Below are positions 1 through 5,987 of a stretch of 6,019 nucleotides of DNA, piece by piece. The notes under the pieces were generated by a model. It ran no database searches, was not told the origin of the DNA, and saw only the letters and a program-made list of their open reading frames with translations. The stretch's first letter is position 1; each line of letters starts with the position of its first letter. The stretch lies in the IMG/VR virus record IMGVR_UViG_2541047433_000011. One strand, 5' to 3'. Position numbers and translations under genes: made by a program. The stretch is from a virus. Taxonomy: Duplodnaviria; Heunggongvirae; Uroviricota; Caudoviricetes.

Positions 1-51
1 CACCATCCTTCATAACCACCCCAATACAAGATGATAACATTGGCTTACAAC

Positions 52-80
52 TCATAACAAAAGCAATTCAATGCCGTCAA
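52..80 (-). promoter_or_regulatory. Weak sigma70-like promoter candidate (TTGACG -35 at 80..75; poor -10 TTATGA/TATGAG at 17-18 bp)
   Basis: Read directly on the minus strand. The -35 is good but the -10 matches TATAAT at only 3-4 of 6 positions. It lies downstream of the terminator at 150..178 and upstream of a possible ORF running off the left edge. Confidence 0.2.
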
Positions 81-149
81 GAGGTTACAGGCTAAAAAAA
101 CTCTATTACATAGCAGCCAGCATGTTTACCGTACAAGTACAACTCAGGG

Positions 150-178
150 CATAAAAAAACCCACTCGGCAGCGGGTTT
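150..178 (-). terminator. Rho-independent terminator (tR'-like), minus strand
   Basis: Minus-strand RNA 5'-AAACCCGCU GCCG AGUGGGUUU-3' forms a 9-bp stem (one G.U pair) with a 4-nt loop, followed directly by a 7-U run (UUUUUUUAUG). On the plus strand the stem has an A-C mismatch and the U tract is interrupted, so it is mainly a minus-strand terminator. Confidence 0.6.
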
Positions 179-211
179 ATACATTTTTTACAACATACCA
201 AATTTGCATGA

Positions 212-240
212 AGTATATGGCTTTTAATCCAGTTTTGCAA
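212..240 (-). promoter_or_regulatory. Candidate late promoter (pR'-like): -35 TTGCAA (240..235), 17-bp spacer, -10 TATACT (217..212)
   Basis: Both hexamers match consensus at 5 of 6 positions with optimal 17-bp spacing. The promoter overlaps the Q stop codon (224..226). The predicted start near 205 would give a transcript of about 50 nt ending at the 150..178 terminator, the arrangement expected for a Q-utilisation module. A -10-like TATGTT sits at about +9..+14 of the predicted transcript and could act as a sigma-dependent pause element. Confidence 0.4.
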
Positions 241-913
241 TATTTTGCTGTAAAAATGCTGCCTTTTGTTTTGAACGTGTTCTCGTCACAAGCAATAAAG
301 CATCACTATCAAGCTGTAGAAAAATGTGCTTCATTGCAACCCAGCGTTCAGTAAATGTCTCGGACCAGTTTTTTGTTGTCACTCCCACCAATGATGCCAG
401 TGTCTGGTATTCATAGGCCTCACGCCCTGCAAGTTCGCTCTTCACATCCTGTGCAGCCAGCCAGATTAACGTCTTCAAACGTTCCAGTGTCTTACCTGCA
501 ATTTTCCTGGTACCCAACAGAGTCTTAAACTCGCTCCATGCCCACTGCGTTATGGTGACCTGATGTTCCCAGCGAACGCTTTCGCTGTAACACCAAAGCA
601 ACCATGCTTTCTGATGTTCATCGAGAGACAAAACCGCGCGGCGCCATGAAGAGGTTGAGAATTCAACCGGGCTGACCAAAGCAATGGATGAACCTTTTGC
701 GTACGACTGCTTACCGGAAATCGGCGGATTATCCAGCGTAATCATCCTGCCAGTTACCTCATCCAGAATGCGCGGCTTCTTTCGTTTGTATGTACCAGTA
801 TCAAATTGTGCATGCTCCAGCCAGGCTTCAAGCTGTCCTTTCGTTGCTCCGCTCAAATCAGCGGTAGCCACAATGAGTTGCTCGCGGACATACTGTAAAT
901 ATTGGGTATTCAT
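224..913 (-). CDS. Putative late-gene antiterminator Q-family protein (229 aa)
   Basis: ATG at 913..911 with an AAGGAG ribosome-binding site; the start overlaps the ylcG stop (ATGA). It is the last gene of the nin operon directly after rusA-ylcG and is followed by a promoter plus terminator, as expected for Q. The size fits the longer (about 230-250 aa) Q family, but I cannot confirm the family from sequence alone. Confidence 0.6.
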   Translation of the reverse strand: MNTQYLQYVREQLIVATADLSGATKGQLEAWLEHAQFDTGTYKRKKPRILDEVTGRMITLDNPPISGKQSYAKGSSIALVSPVEFSTSSWRRAVLSLDEHQKAWLLWCYSESVRWEHQVTITQWAWSEFKTLLGTRKIAGKTLERLKTLIWLAAQDVKSELAGREAYEYQTLASLVGVTTKNWSETFTERWVAMKHIFLQLDSDALLLVTRTRSKQKAAFLQQNIAKLD

Positions 914-1047
914 GCGGCAGCTCCTTTCAGTGTTTTGGCGTAATTCTTCAGTATCCGGTAATCGGTCAAAACAGAACCAGGAAAACGATATAAGCGCAGG
1001 CGCATCCAGCGGTGGCGAAGACGTTCTGCCATATAAGACTCAAACAT
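910..1047 (-). CDS. ylcG: Small protein YlcG-like (45 aa); absent from the ORF track
   Basis: Hand translation from ATG 1047..1045 gives [45 protein letters not shown]. The start overlaps the rusA stop (TGATG) and the stop overlaps the Q start (ATGA). Position between rusA and Q matches ylcG of DLP12. Confidence 0.6.
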   Translation of the reverse strand: MFESYMAERLRHRWMRLRLYRFPGSVLTDYRILKNYAKTLKGAAA

Positions 1048-1409
1048 CATTCATTCCCCAGTTCGGTGATGGTCAGCTCCAGCTTCCCACCTTTGGTAAC
1101 GGGCATCTTCACAACACGGTAATCAACGACCTGAGCATCATCCAGCCAGAAACCTGCTTTGGTGAGTGCGTCAAAAGCGGCTTTTTGCAGATTATCCAGG
1201 TCACGGCGACGGCGATCCGGCATGTGGCACTCAATACGGATTTTCACTGGCATAGCCAGGCCGATATCCAGCATGGAGCCTTTGATGATTCGGGCGACGT
1301 TATCACGGTATGCCTGCCCTTCTGCGCTGATGTGCGTGCGCCCGCGATTATGCCGGTAGTAGCGATTATTGCTCGGAGGCCAGGGTAATGTGATGCTGTA
1401 GGTATTCAC
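1047..1409 (-). CDS. rusA: Holliday junction resolvase RusA (120 aa)
   Basis: Translation [26 protein letters not shown]...ELGNE is near-identical to my recollection of E. coli RusA. It starts with GTG at 1409..1407, overlapping the ybcO stop (GTGA), with a GAGGGGG ribosome-binding site. Confidence 0.93.
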
Positions 1410-1696
1410 GCCTTAATAACCCCCTCTTTCAGCCAGATAACCTGTGTTCTCGCCATACCTTCCAGCGCGCATTCTTTTGCATATGCAGCATCGACAAAAT
1501 GTGTGCGGCGGTCGATTTCGTCGTGGCAGGCAGAACATGCAATGGTGGCAATCAAGTCTGGCGGTTTGGTACCGGTGCCGCACAATCCAGTCAGCCGGAT
1601 ATGTGCCAGTACAGACGTTTCAGGGTTGCCATTACATACGCCAGGGATTCTTACTTGGCATTCCCGACTACGCGCTGCTTTTCTCAAATCAGCCAT
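1406..1696 (-). CDS. ybcO: YbcO, DUF1364 zinc-binding putative nuclease (96 aa)
   Basis: Translation [28 protein letters not shown]... with multiple Cys/His matches my recollection of DLP12 YbcO. The true start is ATG 1696..1694, preceded by a strong AGGAGG and overlapping the ninE stop; the ORF-track start at 1735 is a TTG extension. Confidence 0.85.
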
Positions 1697-1859
1697 GATT
1701 CCTCCTTGCTGCCAGTCGCAACCATTTTTTATCAACCAGGCTGGCGGTATATCCGAGCAGTGTTGGTATTTCGGATGGCTTCAGCTCAGGTTTACGCTTA
1801 CGACGATTTGGTACTTTGTAGATGTGTCCGTTCATGACACGAATAAGCGGTGTAGCCAT
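1689..1859 (-). CDS. ninE: NinE (56 aa); absent from the ORF track
   Basis: Hand translation from ATG 1859..1857 gives [56 protein letters not shown], recognised as lambdoid NinE. It has an AGGAGG ribosome-binding site; the start overlaps the ybcN stop (TAATG) and the stop overlaps the ybcO start. Confidence 0.85.
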   Translation of the reverse strand: MATPLIRVMNGHIYKVPNRRKRKPELKPSEIPTLLGYTASLVDKKWLRLAARRNHG

Positions 1860-2314
1860 TACGCCTCCTGCTTGTCACGCAGCAGCTGGAACTCGCAGCT
1901 CTGTGGAATAGTCAGGTGGCAGCCAATATTCATCGCCCAGGCTTCAACCTTACACAGGAAGACATACATCTCTCCGGTACCAAGATCGGAGGTATGGCGT
2001 AACGACTGGATAGTAGTGATTTCGCCGGTTACGACATCAACCAGGTCCTTGGTTTCATAACCGAGGTATGTGTGTTTGAGAGCATCTTTTACCCATGCTG
2101 AAGTAGCGAACGATTTCCCCCTGCTGATGAGGTATTCACTGATTTCGCTGTACCACATGTGGCTGAGTGCATTCTGGGAAAGACTGCGTCTCTCGCGCCA
2201 CGGTTTAAGCACCATGCGAAAGCATTTGCCGTCTTCCAGATAAGTCTGGATCTGCTGACCGACAGCGGTGAAGTTACCGCGATGTAATTTGATGCCATCT
2301 TGTGGGAGGTTCAC
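1859..2314 (-). CDS. ybcN: YbcN, NinB-family recombination/DNA base-flipping protein (151 aa)
   Basis: Translation [48 protein letters not shown]... matches my recollection of DLP12 YbcN. GTG start at 2314..2312 with a GGAGGTG ribosome-binding site, overlapping the stop of the upstream mini-ORF (GTGA). Confidence 0.88.
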   Translation of the reverse strand: MNLPQDGIKLHRGNFTAVGQQIQTYLEDGKCFRMVLKPWRERRSLSQNALSHMWYSEISEYLISRGKSFATSAWVKDALKHTYLGYETKDLVDVVTGEITTIQSLRHTSDLGTGEMYVFLCKVEAWAMNIGCHLTIPQSCEFQLLRDKQEA

Positions 2315-2409
2315 GCTTCACCTCCGCAGAGATCAAACGCTGGATGCAAGACATCGCAGGTGCATTTCTGCATCTGTGACAAGGTAAGGAGTTCAGATTG
2401 TGGTCGCAT
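2311..2409 (-). CDS. Small ORF (32 aa, [32 protein letters not shown]), possibly ylcH-like; absent from the ORF track
   Basis: ATG at 2409..2407 is preceded by an in-frame stop and an AAGGGGA ribosome-binding site; its TGA overlaps the ybcN GTG start. Size and position upstream of ybcN fit ylcH of DLP12, but I do not recognise the sequence itself. Confidence 0.4.
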   Translation of the reverse strand: MRPQSELLTLSQMQKCTCDVLHPAFDLCGGEA

Positions 2410-2428
2410 TTAAGTCCCCTTAAATGCG
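2405..2428 (-). promoter_or_regulatory. Perfect 10-bp stem / 4-nt loop hairpin covering the ribosome-binding site and start codon of the ylcH-like ORF
   Basis: Plus strand CGCATTTAAG (2405..2414), loop TCCC, CTTAAATGCG (2419..2428). On the minus-strand mRNA the loop and 5' arm hold the GGGGA ribosome-binding site and the 3' arm holds the ATG (2409..2407). Confidence 0.4.
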
Positions 2429-2433
2429 CAGAA

Positions 2434-2462
2434 GTCACCGGAGTTGTTCAAGCTCCGGTGAC
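2434..2462 (-). terminator. Perfect 10-bp stem / 9-nt loop hairpin, possible weak terminator at the end of the inserted module
   Basis: GTCACCGGAG (2434..2443), loop TTGTTCAAG, CTCCGGTGAC (2453..2462). It is GC-rich, but on the minus strand it is followed only by UUCUGCGCAUUU and on the plus strand by AUUAUUAU, so neither strand has a clean U tract. Confidence 0.3.
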
Positions 2463-2504
2463 ATTATTATGGAAGGTTGATACTAAAAAATCAAAAATTG
2501 AATA

Positions 2505-2696
2505 TCATTGGCGATAGTCTAGCTTGTGATATCCACAAGCTACTTCAATGAAGCGACGAGTAACATTTTGTGTCATCCATGTTTTTTCAGTTAAGTGCCA
2601 CACCCAGTTCAAAATTTGCTGATGTGTTGAACATGTACTAAGCGGGATGTTGTATTCATAAGCAACATTGATTCCGCAAAATCGGTGTCGTGTCAT
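2505..2696 (-). CDS. Hypothetical 63-aa ORF, doubtful; possibly a gene remnant
   Basis: ATG start but no recognisable ribosome-binding site, and no similarity I can recall. It lies in the stretch where K-12 DLP12 carries ybcL/ybcM, and contains a 9-bp inverted repeat at 2520..2542. Confidence 0.2.
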   Translation of the reverse strand: MTRHRFCGINVAYEYNIPLSTCSTHQQILNWVWHLTEKTWMTQNVTRRFIEVACGYHKLDYRQ

Positions 2697-2815
2697 GACC
2701 GATTCACGTTGACCTGCGCCCTGTTGAGTGCCTGGGGATATTCTTGCTCGATAGTTAATATCATAGTAGTTACTTTACTTTCATACCATAGCACGGTTGA
2801 AAAAGTGATTATTAC

Positions 2816-4342
2816 TCAAAAATAAACCTCACCATCAACCATATATTTGAGAGCACTTATCGCCTGCTGGGCGGATATTACTTTCATTAAAGGATAGTGT
2901 TTAAAAACAATGCCATTCATAAAATAGATATCACAGGTTTTATTATCCGTATTAATTATGATTTTTTCGAATATTTTATAGGCAAGTGTACGGCATAACT
3001 CTCGTCCATTTTTACTGGTTAAGTCAATAGCATAAAAATCACTGAATGAATTTACACCTTTACTCTTCAAAGTTTTCAATGATACCAAAGCTCTTCGTAA
3101 TTCCTTATCTAATAGTCTTATTTTCTCTGCTATAGCGGTAACTTCAGGCGCGACAGACAATGCAACGATTAAATTATTAATTTTCATCTGAAGCTCAATA
3201 ATTTTTAACTCTAAAGTTTCATTAGCATCTTTCTTGTTTTCAACTGGTTGAATTTTGCTACAATTAAAAAGCAATTCATTAATGATATTATAATCAACCA
3301 AATCTCTCTTTATTGATGGCCTGTCACATCGATGTAATCTTCTCATCGGACAAACATAATAGCCATGCAAACTTCCAGATACCGCATGAACAATCATGGT
3401 ATTACCACAAGCCTCACACTTCATAACTGTTCGAAGTAGATTTATTAGCATAGGATTCTTGCTACTATTGCTAATACCAAAAGGTGCCAACCGAATTTCC
3501 TGTACAGCGTAAAACAAATCATCTGATATGACTCTGGGATAATAGCCAGCGATTTCACTTATCCCTTTCCCTCTTGCACGATATGAAGGTACGCATATAC
3601 CTATCAGAGCTTTATTCGCTAATAATTTTTCAATTACAGAAGGCCCCCATGCACTTTCTTTTCCTGAGAAATTCTTTACAGCATGATCATTTAAATACTT
3701 GGCTATTGCATTCAATGAGCGCCTTTCCATCCTGAGTTTAAAAATTAGCTCAATAGTTTTCACCCTGTCGGGGTCTGGAACAAAAGCCGTTCTTTTGTCA
3801 TCTAAGGAGAGCCATCTCGGACAAGACGCCGTCATAATCGTACCTGATTCCAGTGCATCCTGCCGTTTTTTCTTCCATGATAATTTAACCCGACTTGACT
3901 TTATCTCGCTTTCTTCATTTGCCCTTTGTGCTATAAGTATGGCTTTTATTAATGAATATGGCTCATTCAAAGAGTCAATATTATAGACTGTATTGTCGCA
4001 AAGAGTTATAACATCAATACCGTGATTCAAAATCAATTTCAGACGTTCAATCGCTTCACCGACTTTTTCTCTTGAAAGTCTGTCCAGACTTTCAACTAAC
4101 AATGTAGTTCCTGGCAATATATAACCATGCTCTATAGCATCTAAAAATTCCGAAAAAGCTCCTGATTGTGCATGCTTTCCTTTGAATGCACTTAATCCTA
4201 AATCTTCATATGTTATGGTATCAAGATAATAATCACTATTTACCTTTAACCATTCAGCAATAAGTCTTCTCTGTCGGTTTAATGAGTCGCCAGACATCTG
4301 ACCTGGTGATGAAAATCGCATATATGCTATGGCTTTTTTCAT
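2816..4342 (-). CDS. ybcK: Large serine recombinase YbcK (508 aa)
   Basis: The N-terminus AIAYMRFSSPGQ carries the resolvase catalytic-serine motif (compare Y-x-R-V-S-T-x-x-Q), and ESLDRLSR matches the resolvase DRLGR-type motif. A C-terminal Cys cluster (CEACG...YYVCPMRRLHRC) suggests a zinc ribbon, followed by a Lys/Glu/Leu-rich tail. Matches my recollection of DLP12 YbcK; AGGTG ribosome-binding site before ATG 4342. Confidence 0.9.
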   Translation of the reverse strand: MKKAIAYMRFSSPGQMSGDSLNRQRRLIAEWLKVNSDYYLDTITYEDLGLSAFKGKHAQSGAFSEFLDAIEHGYILPGTTLLVESLDRLSREKVGEAIERLKLILNHGIDVITLCDNTVYNIDSLNEPYSLIKAILIAQRANEESEIKSSRVKLSWKKKRQDALESGTIMTASCPRWLSLDDKRTAFVPDPDRVKTIELIFKLRMERRSLNAIAKYLNDHAVKNFSGKESAWGPSVIEKLLANKALIGICVPSYRARGKGISEIAGYYPRVISDDLFYAVQEIRLAPFGISNSSKNPMLINLLRTVMKCEACGNTMIVHAVSGSLHGYYVCPMRRLHRCDRPSIKRDLVDYNIINELLFNCSKIQPVENKKDANETLELKIIELQMKINNLIVALSVAPEVTAIAEKIRLLDKELRRALVSLKTLKSKGVNSFSDFYAIDLTSKNGRELCRTLAYKIFEKIIINTDNKTCDIYFMNGIVFKHYPLMKVISAQQAISALKYMVDGEVYF

Positions 4343-4586
4343 GGTGACACCTGCTAACTTATGCTTTTATAAACCTTAGTGGTGAGATATAATTTTTGTT
4401 TAATTTTTATTTAAAAAGACAATTACGATCACACTATCTTGAATATACAACAATAATCGTATTGCAATTTGCTTACGCAATAATCTTGAAGGCACAAAAG
4501 AATACACAAAAACTAAAAACATTAACAAAAGCGGCCCATGTAAAGATATGAACCGCCATATTGCAGTCTTTTAAAAGAAATTATTT
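4343..4586 (-). promoter_or_regulatory. AT-rich emrE-ybcK intergenic region, likely holding the ybcK promoter
   Basis: A 244-bp non-coding stretch that is extremely AT-rich and has many -10-like hexamers (TATATT, TATATC, TATAAA). No single promoter can be assigned with confidence. Just after the emrE stop there is a weak GCGG/CCGC stem followed by UUUUGUU on the minus strand (about 4524..4557). Confidence 0.3.
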
Positions 4587-4919
4587 TTAATGTGGTGTGC
4601 TTCGTGACAATAAATTAATAACCAACACACCGGCACAAATCAACATCATGCCTATAACGGCTGGCAGGTCCAGCCGTTGGCCGAAAAACCCCCATGATAG
4701 TAAGCTAATCAGGACAATACCGACTCCTGACCAGATAGCATAAGCAATCCCTGTAGGAATATAAGCCAGCGTCTGAGCTAATAACCAGAATGATGCACAA
4801 TAACAAATAATTGTACCAACAGATGGCCATAACCGTGTAAAACCTTCTGAAAACTTCATTAAGGTTGTACCAATGACCTCTGCAAGTATTGCACCACCAA
4901 GATAAATATAAGGGTTCAT
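4587..4919 (-). CDS. emrE: SMR-family multidrug efflux transporter EmrE (110 aa)
   Basis: Translation MNPYIYLGGAILAEVIGTTLMKFSEGFTRLWPSVGT... is recognised as EmrE, including the essential Glu14. The true start is ATG 4919..4917 with an AGGAAAG ribosome-binding site; the ORF-track start at 4973 is a TTG extension. Confidence 0.95.
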   Translation of the reverse strand: MNPYIYLGGAILAEVIGTTLMKFSEGFTRLWPSVGTIICYCASFWLLAQTLAYIPTGIAYAIWSGVGIVLISLLSWGFFGQRLDLPAVIGMMLICAGVLVINLLSRSTPH

Positions 4920-4934
4920 AACATATTCTTTCCT

Positions 4935-4969
4935 GTTCAAACTGGAGAGAATTGTACTACAGTTTGAAC
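4935..4969 (-). repeat. Perfect 10-bp inverted repeat with 15-bp spacer between ren and emrE
   Basis: GTTCAAACTG (4935..4944) and CAGTTTGAAC (4960..4969) are exact reverse complements. No U tract follows on either strand, so it is not an intrinsic terminator. It sits directly upstream of the emrE ribosome-binding site. Confidence 0.5.
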
Positions 4970-4986
4970 TCAACTCACCTGTTTCA

Positions 4987-5289
4987 TCATTGTGTACCCA
5001 TTGATGTTCTTTTATATACCCTCAATACCCGTTTCATCGCGGCACTCTGGCGACACTCCTTAAAAATCAGATTCGTGCTCACCTTTCCTTCCCGTTCTTC
5101 TCTGGTAGCGAACCGGTAATACACCGTTCGCCAGACCTTACCATCAACGACCAGGATTCCTGCCCGCGCCATTTTAGCCGCAGCCTGATTTATGCTGGTT
5201 ACGGTTGCACCTGTTACCGCGGCAACGTCCTGTGCACAGAAGCTCTTATGCGTCCCCAGGTAATGAATAATTGCCTCTTTGCCCGTCAT
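4987..5289 (-). CDS. ren: Ren protein (100 aa), intact
   Basis: Translation MTGKEAIIHYLGTH...VWRTVYYRFATREEREGK... is recognised as lambda Ren. ATG 5289..5287 overlaps the P stop (ATGA), with an AAGGAG ribosome-binding site. Confidence 0.9.
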   Translation of the reverse strand: MTGKEAIIHYLGTHKSFCAQDVAAVTGATVTSINQAAAKMARAGILVVDGKVWRTVYYRFATREEREGKVSTNLIFKECRQSAAMKRVLRVYKRTSMGTQ

Positions 5290-5987
5290 ACACTTGCTCC
5301 TTTCAGTCCGAACTTAGCTTTAATTTCTGCGATCTTCGCCAGAGCCTGTGCACGATTTAGAGGTCTACCGCCCATAACAGGAAGTTGTTTTACTGGTTCA
5401 GGTATCGTCTCACCACGGTTAATTCGCGCTGTCATACAGGTCAGTTCATCGGCAGCCTTGCGCCGTAATTCCGCGTCAGTCAGCGCATTGGCCCGCATGT
5501 TCTGGTACAGGTTGGTAACCAGCCAGTAGTGCGCGTTCGATTTCCACGGATAAGACTCTGCATCCGGATACAGGCCTCGCTTCCGGCAATACTCGTAAAC
5601 CATATCAACCAGCTCGCTGACGTTTGGCAGTCCGGCGATAACGGATGCTTCTTCCCGGCACCATGCAACAAACTGCCCGGGTGATGGAAGAAATGGTCGA
5701 TTCTGCCGACGGGCTACGCGCATTCCTGCGTTAACCTGTTCCATCGAGGTGATCCCGTTTTCCCGGAAAGCCAGAACCCACTGGCGGCGGATTTCGTTCA
5801 GTTCGTTCTGGTCACGGTTAGCCAGACTCGCCGGGAAAGTTGCCAGTAACTGGCTGAACACACCGTTGATGATCTGCGCTACCTGCTGTACCTGCGGCTT
5901 TTCGTCGTACTGTTCCGGCATGTTGTTGGCGATCCGACGCATCTGCTCACGGTCAAAGTTAACCATCTGTGCGGCGATGTTTTTCAT
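5286..5987 (-). CDS. P: Replication protein P (DnaB helicase loader, 233 aa)
   Basis: Translation MKNIAAQMVNFDREQMRRIANNMPEQYDEKPQVQQVAQIINGVFSQLL... is near-identical to lambda P across its length. The start overlaps the O stop (ATGA). Confidence 0.95.
   Translation of the reverse strand: MKNIAAQMVNFDREQMRRIANNMPEQYDEKPQVQQVAQIINGVFSQLLATFPASLANRDQNELNEIRRQWVLAFRENGITSMEQVNAGMRVARRQNRPFLPSPGQFVAWCREEASVIAGLPNVSELVDMVYEYCRKRGLYPDAESYPWKSNAHYWLVTNLYQNMRANALTDAELRRKAADELTCMTARINRGETIPEPVKQLPVMGGRPLNRAQALAKIAEIKAKFGLKGASV

Noticed and set aside
1-95. Plus-strand open frame entering from the left edge (stop at 93..95) as the 3' end of a convergent porin-like gene
   Set aside because: The translation (...ITKAIQCRQEVTG*) lacks the aromatic C-terminus of porins, and no supporting features were found.
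684-1388. 234-aa plus-strand ORF
   Set aside because: It runs antisense across Q, ylcG and rusA, has no ribosome-binding site and a low-complexity translation; it is an artefact of the open reverse frame of real genes.
1697-1735. 13-codon N-terminal extension of ybcO in the ORF track
   Set aside because: It starts at TTG inside ninE. ATG 1696 has a strong AGGAGG site and overlaps the ninE stop.
1159-2060. Plus-strand ORFs of 66, 84, 112 and 185 aa (1159..1359, 1444..1698, 1499..1837, 1503..2060)
   Set aside because: All lie antisense to rusA, ybcO, ninE and ybcN, which are recognised proteins with ribosome-binding sites and coupled starts; none has a plausible start context.
2089-2298. 69-aa minus-strand ORF
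   Set aside because: It is nested inside ybcN in another frame and has no independent support.
2520-2542. CRP-like TGTGA...CACA palindrome
   Set aside because: The half-sites are 4 bp apart rather than the 6 bp of the CRP consensus, so it is a palindrome of unknown meaning, not a CRP site.
3699-3986. 95-aa plus-strand ORF
   Set aside because: It is antisense within ybcK; AT-rich sequence gives long chance ORFs, and there is no ribosome-binding site.
4935-4969. Intrinsic terminator (tR2 analogue) or guanidine-type riboswitch upstream of emrE
   Set aside because: No U tract follows the stem on either strand, and the loop lacks the ACGR motif of guanidine-II hairpins; kept only as an inverted repeat of unknown function.
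4920-4973. 18-codon N-terminal extension of emrE in the ORF track
   Set aside because: It starts at TTG and would read through the inverted repeat. The canonical EmrE N-terminus MNPYIYLGG begins at ATG 4919 with a proper ribosome-binding site.
5248-5671. 93-aa plus-strand and 63-aa minus-strand ORFs overlapping P
   Set aside because: They are alternate or antisense frames inside the well-recognised P gene.
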